From: Cytophagaceae bacterium UBA7467
GTDB taxonomy: Bacteria; Bacteroidota; Bacteroidia; Cytophagales; Spirosomataceae
Length of the DNA: 64,000 nucleotides
Direction of reading: 5' to 3'
Assembly: GCA_002479785.1 (NCBI GenBank)
Contig: DLPD01000013.1
Coordinates: 16,726-80,725, forward strand
Part shown: piece by piece, positions 61,329 through 64,000 of the stretch
Position numbering within the stretch: position 1 is the stretch's first letter
Layout: each line of letters starts with the position of its first letter
The notes under the pieces: generated by a model
Told to the model about the DNA's origin: nothing
The model's input: only the letters and a program-made list of their open reading frames with translations
Database searches by the model: none
Made by a program: the position numbers and the translations under genes

Positions 61329-61393
61329 TAAATTTAAATAGGGGGCGTATAAAATATGACACAGGCCATTTTACAGCCCCCTATTTAAATTTA
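61329..61393. other. Long stem-loop immediately after the yceI stop
   Basis: Perfect 18-bp IR taaatttaaatagggggc / gccccctatttaaattta with a partly paired interior. Confidence 0.7.
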
Positions 61394-61966
61394 CTCAGAT
61401 ACTAAAGATACAGTTAGAGCGAAGTCATCATAAATCGCTTTATCACCAATTGAATCAAAGAATTTCTTAGAACCGTATTTGATATTGAAATCAGTACGAT
61501 CGATCGTAATATTCGCTTTTGCATTCAATTTTCCCCCTTTTACTGCGATTTCAGCTGGGAAAGTGATTGATTTTGTGATTCCTTTTATAGTCAAATTACC
61601 CGTTACTTGGTTACCAGCTACCTTAGTAATAACAAAAGTTGCAGTTGGGAATTTTTCTACTTCGAAGAAATCACCTGAAGTGATGTGACCGATGAATTTT
61701 TGGTTGTAACCAGGATCAGTGATATCAAGTGCTTTAATCGTTTTCAAATCGATAGTGAAATTTCCTCCGATTAATTTGTTGCCATCAATGTTTAATGCTC
61801 CAGCAGAGATTCCTACTGTACCATTGTGCTCACCTGTCACTTTTTTCGCTAACCAAGCGATCGAACTAGCTGACTTGTTTACGTTTACTACTTTCGGTGC
61901 AGCTACACCAGCGAAAGTGATTAGGCCTAATGCCAACGTTGCAATAACTACTTTTACAGATTTCAT
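61391..61966 (-). CDS. YceI-family periplasmic protein
   Basis: Signal peptide; SSIAWLAKKVTGEHNG, DFFEVEKFPTATF, GNLTIKG, IDRTDF. Confidence 0.92.
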   Translation of the reverse strand: MKSVKVVIATLALGLITFAGVAAPKVVNVNKSASSIAWLAKKVTGEHNGTVGISAGALNIDGNKLIGGNFTIDLKTIKALDITDPGYNQKFIGHITSGDFFEVEKFPTATFVITKVAGNQVTGNLTIKGITKSITFPAEIAVKGGKLNAKANITIDRTDFNIKYGSKKFFDSIGDKAIYDDFALTVSLVSE

Positions 61967-61978
61967 ATGATTTATTGT

Positions 61979-62443
61979 TTAATTGTGAGAAAATACGGTT
62001 CTGAATTCATCCAAAATTTGGTTCATTTCTTCGAGCTTCTTAACTCCTAAAGCATCGAAATGTTTTCCCCAGTCATCTTGGACTTGGTCTACTTGGCTTA
62101 ATATATCTAAACCAGCAGGTAAAATTAAAATATCCACTGCTCGGCGGTCTTTAGGACATTCACGGCGGAGGACTAATTTCTTTTCTACTAATTTATCCAC
62201 CAAGCGAGAGGCATTTGACATTTTATCTAGCATGCGCTCGGTGATGGCTAAAACGGTCATCGGGTTTCCTTGTTGTCCACGTAAAATGCGGAGTACATTG
62301 TATTGTTGGACGGTTAGGCTAAAGGGTTTCAGTAATTCCTGCTGTTTTTGCATGATCCAGTTACCTGTATAGATCGCATTAACTACAGCTTTAGAAGCTT
62401 CAGATGGAAATTTTGACTGCTTTAAATCTTCGGAAATACCCAT
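61979..62443 (-). CDS. MarR-family transcriptional regulator
   Basis: LTVQQYNVLRILRG, SNASRLVDKL, DRRAV. Confidence 0.92.
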   Translation of the reverse strand: MGISEDLKQSKFPSEASKAVVNAIYTGNWIMQKQQELLKPFSLTVQQYNVLRILRGQQGNPMTVLAITERMLDKMSNASRLVDKLVEKKLVLRRECPKDRRAVDILILPAGLDILSQVDQVQDDWGKHFDALGVKKLEEMNQILDEFRTVFSHN

Positions 62444-62469
62444 AGTGAAAATTTGATGTCGTAAAATTA

Positions 62470-62483
62470 AATGTAATTACATT
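62470..62483. promoter_or_regulatory. Putative MarR operator palindrome
   Basis: Perfect 14-bp palindrome AATGTAATTACATT, 27 nt upstream of the marR start. Confidence 0.5.
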
Positions 62484-62553
62484 AAATACAAAAGAAAATA
62501 AATTTATTTTTATCTAAACCCTGATAATTTTAATTTTTGGCCTATTTTTGATT

Positions 62554-63162
62554 ATGCAGACTTCCTTATCCCTCCAATATCCCTTTATTTTAGCTTCTAA
62601 CTCTCCCCGACGAAAAGAGATTCTACGTTCCGCTGGTTTCGAGTTTTCTGTATTACCCAGTGATGTAGATGAATCTTTCTCAGCTGAAATGAAGCCTCAG
62701 GAGGTTCCAGTACATTTGGCAGAAAGAAAAGCGAATGAATTAGCGCTAATTTCCCCGAATGCTTTGGTTTTAGCAGCTGACACGGTGGTGATATTGGGGA
62801 ATGATATTTTAAATAAACCTCAGGATAAATTGGAGGCTATTCAAATGTTGCAGCAATTATCAGGAAAAACACACGAAGTGGTAACGGGAATTGCCTTGCA
62901 TACGCCTCAAGGTTTGTTAACAAAGGCTGACTCGGCCCTCGTGAAATTTAGAGTTTTTGAGGACTGGGAAATTGATTTCTATGTAAGAGAAGGATCGTGT
63001 TTGGATAAAGCAGGTGCTTATGGGGTACAAGATTTCTTGGGAATGGTAGGTATTGAGTCCATTCAAGGTTCTTTCTACACCGTAATGGGTTTACCTATTT
63101 TTGACGTGTATCAATTACTAAAACCGTATGTATTAAACGGGAAACAGTTACTAATTAGATAG
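62554..63162 (+). CDS. maf: Maf-family nucleotide pyrophosphatase
   Basis: ILASNSPRR, ADTVV, KP, LSGKTH, DKAGAYG, VMGLP. Confidence 0.92.
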   Translation: MQTSLSLQYPFILASNSPRRKEILRSAGFEFSVLPSDVDESFSAEMKPQEVPVHLAERKANELALISPNALVLAADTVVILGNDILNKPQDKLEAIQMLQQLSGKTHEVVTGIALHTPQGLLTKADSALVKFRVFEDWEIDFYVREGSCLDKAGAYGVQDFLGMVGIESIQGSFYTVMGLPIFDVYQLLKPYVLNGKQLLIR

Positions 63163-63481
63163 AGAAACTTTCTCCGCAACCGCAGGTTCGGCTGGCGTTC
63201 GGGTTTTTGAATTGGAAACCTTTGCCATTAAGTCCGTCCGAAAAGTCTAATTCAGTGCCAGCAAGATAAAGGATTGATTTTTTATCTACCATTACCTTGA
63301 CTCCTTTGTCCTCGAAAATCATGTCGTTCGGTTGAGGTTCTGCTGCAAAATCAAGATTGTACATCAAGCCTGAGCAACCGCCACCTTCGACTGCCACGCG
63401 GATGTTGAACTCTTCCGTTAAACCTTCTTTAGAACGTAATTCTTTGATTCTATTGGCAGCTAAATCCGTGATGGTGATCAT
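63155..63481 (-). CDS. iscA: A-type Fe-S carrier (IscA/ErpA)
   Basis: GGGCSG and NPNASRTCGCGESF. Confidence 0.9.
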   Translation of the reverse strand: MITITDLAANRIKELRSKEGLTEEFNIRVAVEGGGCSGLMYNLDFAAEPQPNDMIFEDKGVKVMVDKKSILYLAGTELDFSDGLNGKGFQFKNPNASRTCGCGESFSI

Positions 63482-63543
63482 AATCGATGTATTTTGATGA
63501 AATTCTGATACAAAAGTAGGTCTTTTTTTGATAAAAAAAATGA

Positions 63544-63566
63544 TTATTTAGAGTCAATCTAAATAA
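63544..63566. promoter_or_regulatory. Fur-box-like 9-5-9 palindrome between divergent iscA and sufC promoters
   Basis: TTATTTAGA-gtcaa-TCTAAATAA; flanked by TACTTTTG (minus, 63511-63518) and TAATTTTG (plus, 63594-63601). Confidence 0.7.
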
Positions 63567-63631
63567 AGTATAGTTTTTCAAAACCATTGGTCTTAATTTT
63601 GTGTTTCAATTGCAGATTAAAAACACATACC

Positions 63632-64000
63632 ATGCTTTCAATAAAGAATTTACAAGCAAGAATAGGGGAGAAAGAAATCTTGAAGGGGATCAATTTAGAA
63701 ATTAAAGCCGGCGAGGTTCATGCGATTATGGGGCCTAATGGGTCTGGTAAATCGACTTTGGCATCCGTACTAGCGGGTCGAGAAGATTATGATGTAACCG
63801 GCGGTTCCGTTGAATTTCAAGGAAAAGATTTATTGGATTTAGCTCCAGAAGAACGTGCGGCAGAGGGTTTATTCCTTGCTTTTCAGTACCCAGTGGAGAT
63901 TCCAGGGGTATCGACGACGAACTTTATGAAGTCAGCGGTAAATGAAATCCGCAAATACCGAGGAGAAGAGCCTTTGGACGCTGTTCAATTTTTGAAAATG
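63632..64000 (+). CDS. sufC: Fe-S cluster assembly ATPase SufC (3'-truncated by window edge)
   Basis: Manual translation MLSIKNL...GEVHAIMGPNGSGKSTL...ERAAEGLFLAFQYPVEIPGV. Confidence 0.92.
   Translation, partial: MLSIKNLQARIGEKEILKGINLEIKAGEVHAIMGPNGSGKSTLASVLAGREDYDVTGGSVEFQGKDLLDLAPEERAAEGLFLAFQYPVEIPGVSTTNFMKSAVNEIRKYRGEEPLDAVQFLKM

Noticed and set aside
1-64000. CRISPR array, prophage, IS element, tRNA/rRNA, and the many 60-150 aa antisense ORFs
   Set aside because: I saw no repeat-spacer periodicity, integrase, transposase, phage genes or cloverleaf structures; the short ORFs are shadows of well-supported genes

Overview
Gene-dense, core-genome window from a Bacteroidota bacterium, most likely Cytophagales. 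The assignment is inferred from PorX, DUF4249, DUF3078 and DUF4905 genes and from TAnnTTTG -7 promoter boxes. It holds about 60 tightly packed housekeeping CDSs covering methionine metabolism (metZ-like, metH, metF), hemH, pdxA, mutS2, kdsB, purS, selD, ugd/uxs, menA, argS, tsaC, cca, Fe-S assembly (iscA, sufC) and two TonB-dependent receptors. It also holds a compact SRP RNA and several intrinsic terminators. I saw no transposase, prophage, CRISPR array, tRNA or rRNA. The most unusual feature is a complete pyruvate carboxylase with a gamma-glutamylcyclotransferase (GGCT/AIG2-like) domain fused in frame after its biotin-carrier domain. Other points of interest are an SRP RNA lacking the GNRA tetraloop, recurring intergenic elements (7-nt periodic repeats, a shared 13-mer, GCGAAGC mini-hairpins), a 53-aa membrane ORF missing from the ORF track, a Cys-deficient IscA paralogue coupled to ppx, and a Fur-like palindrome between divergent iscA and sufC. 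All family calls come from motif recognition by eye, not database searches.
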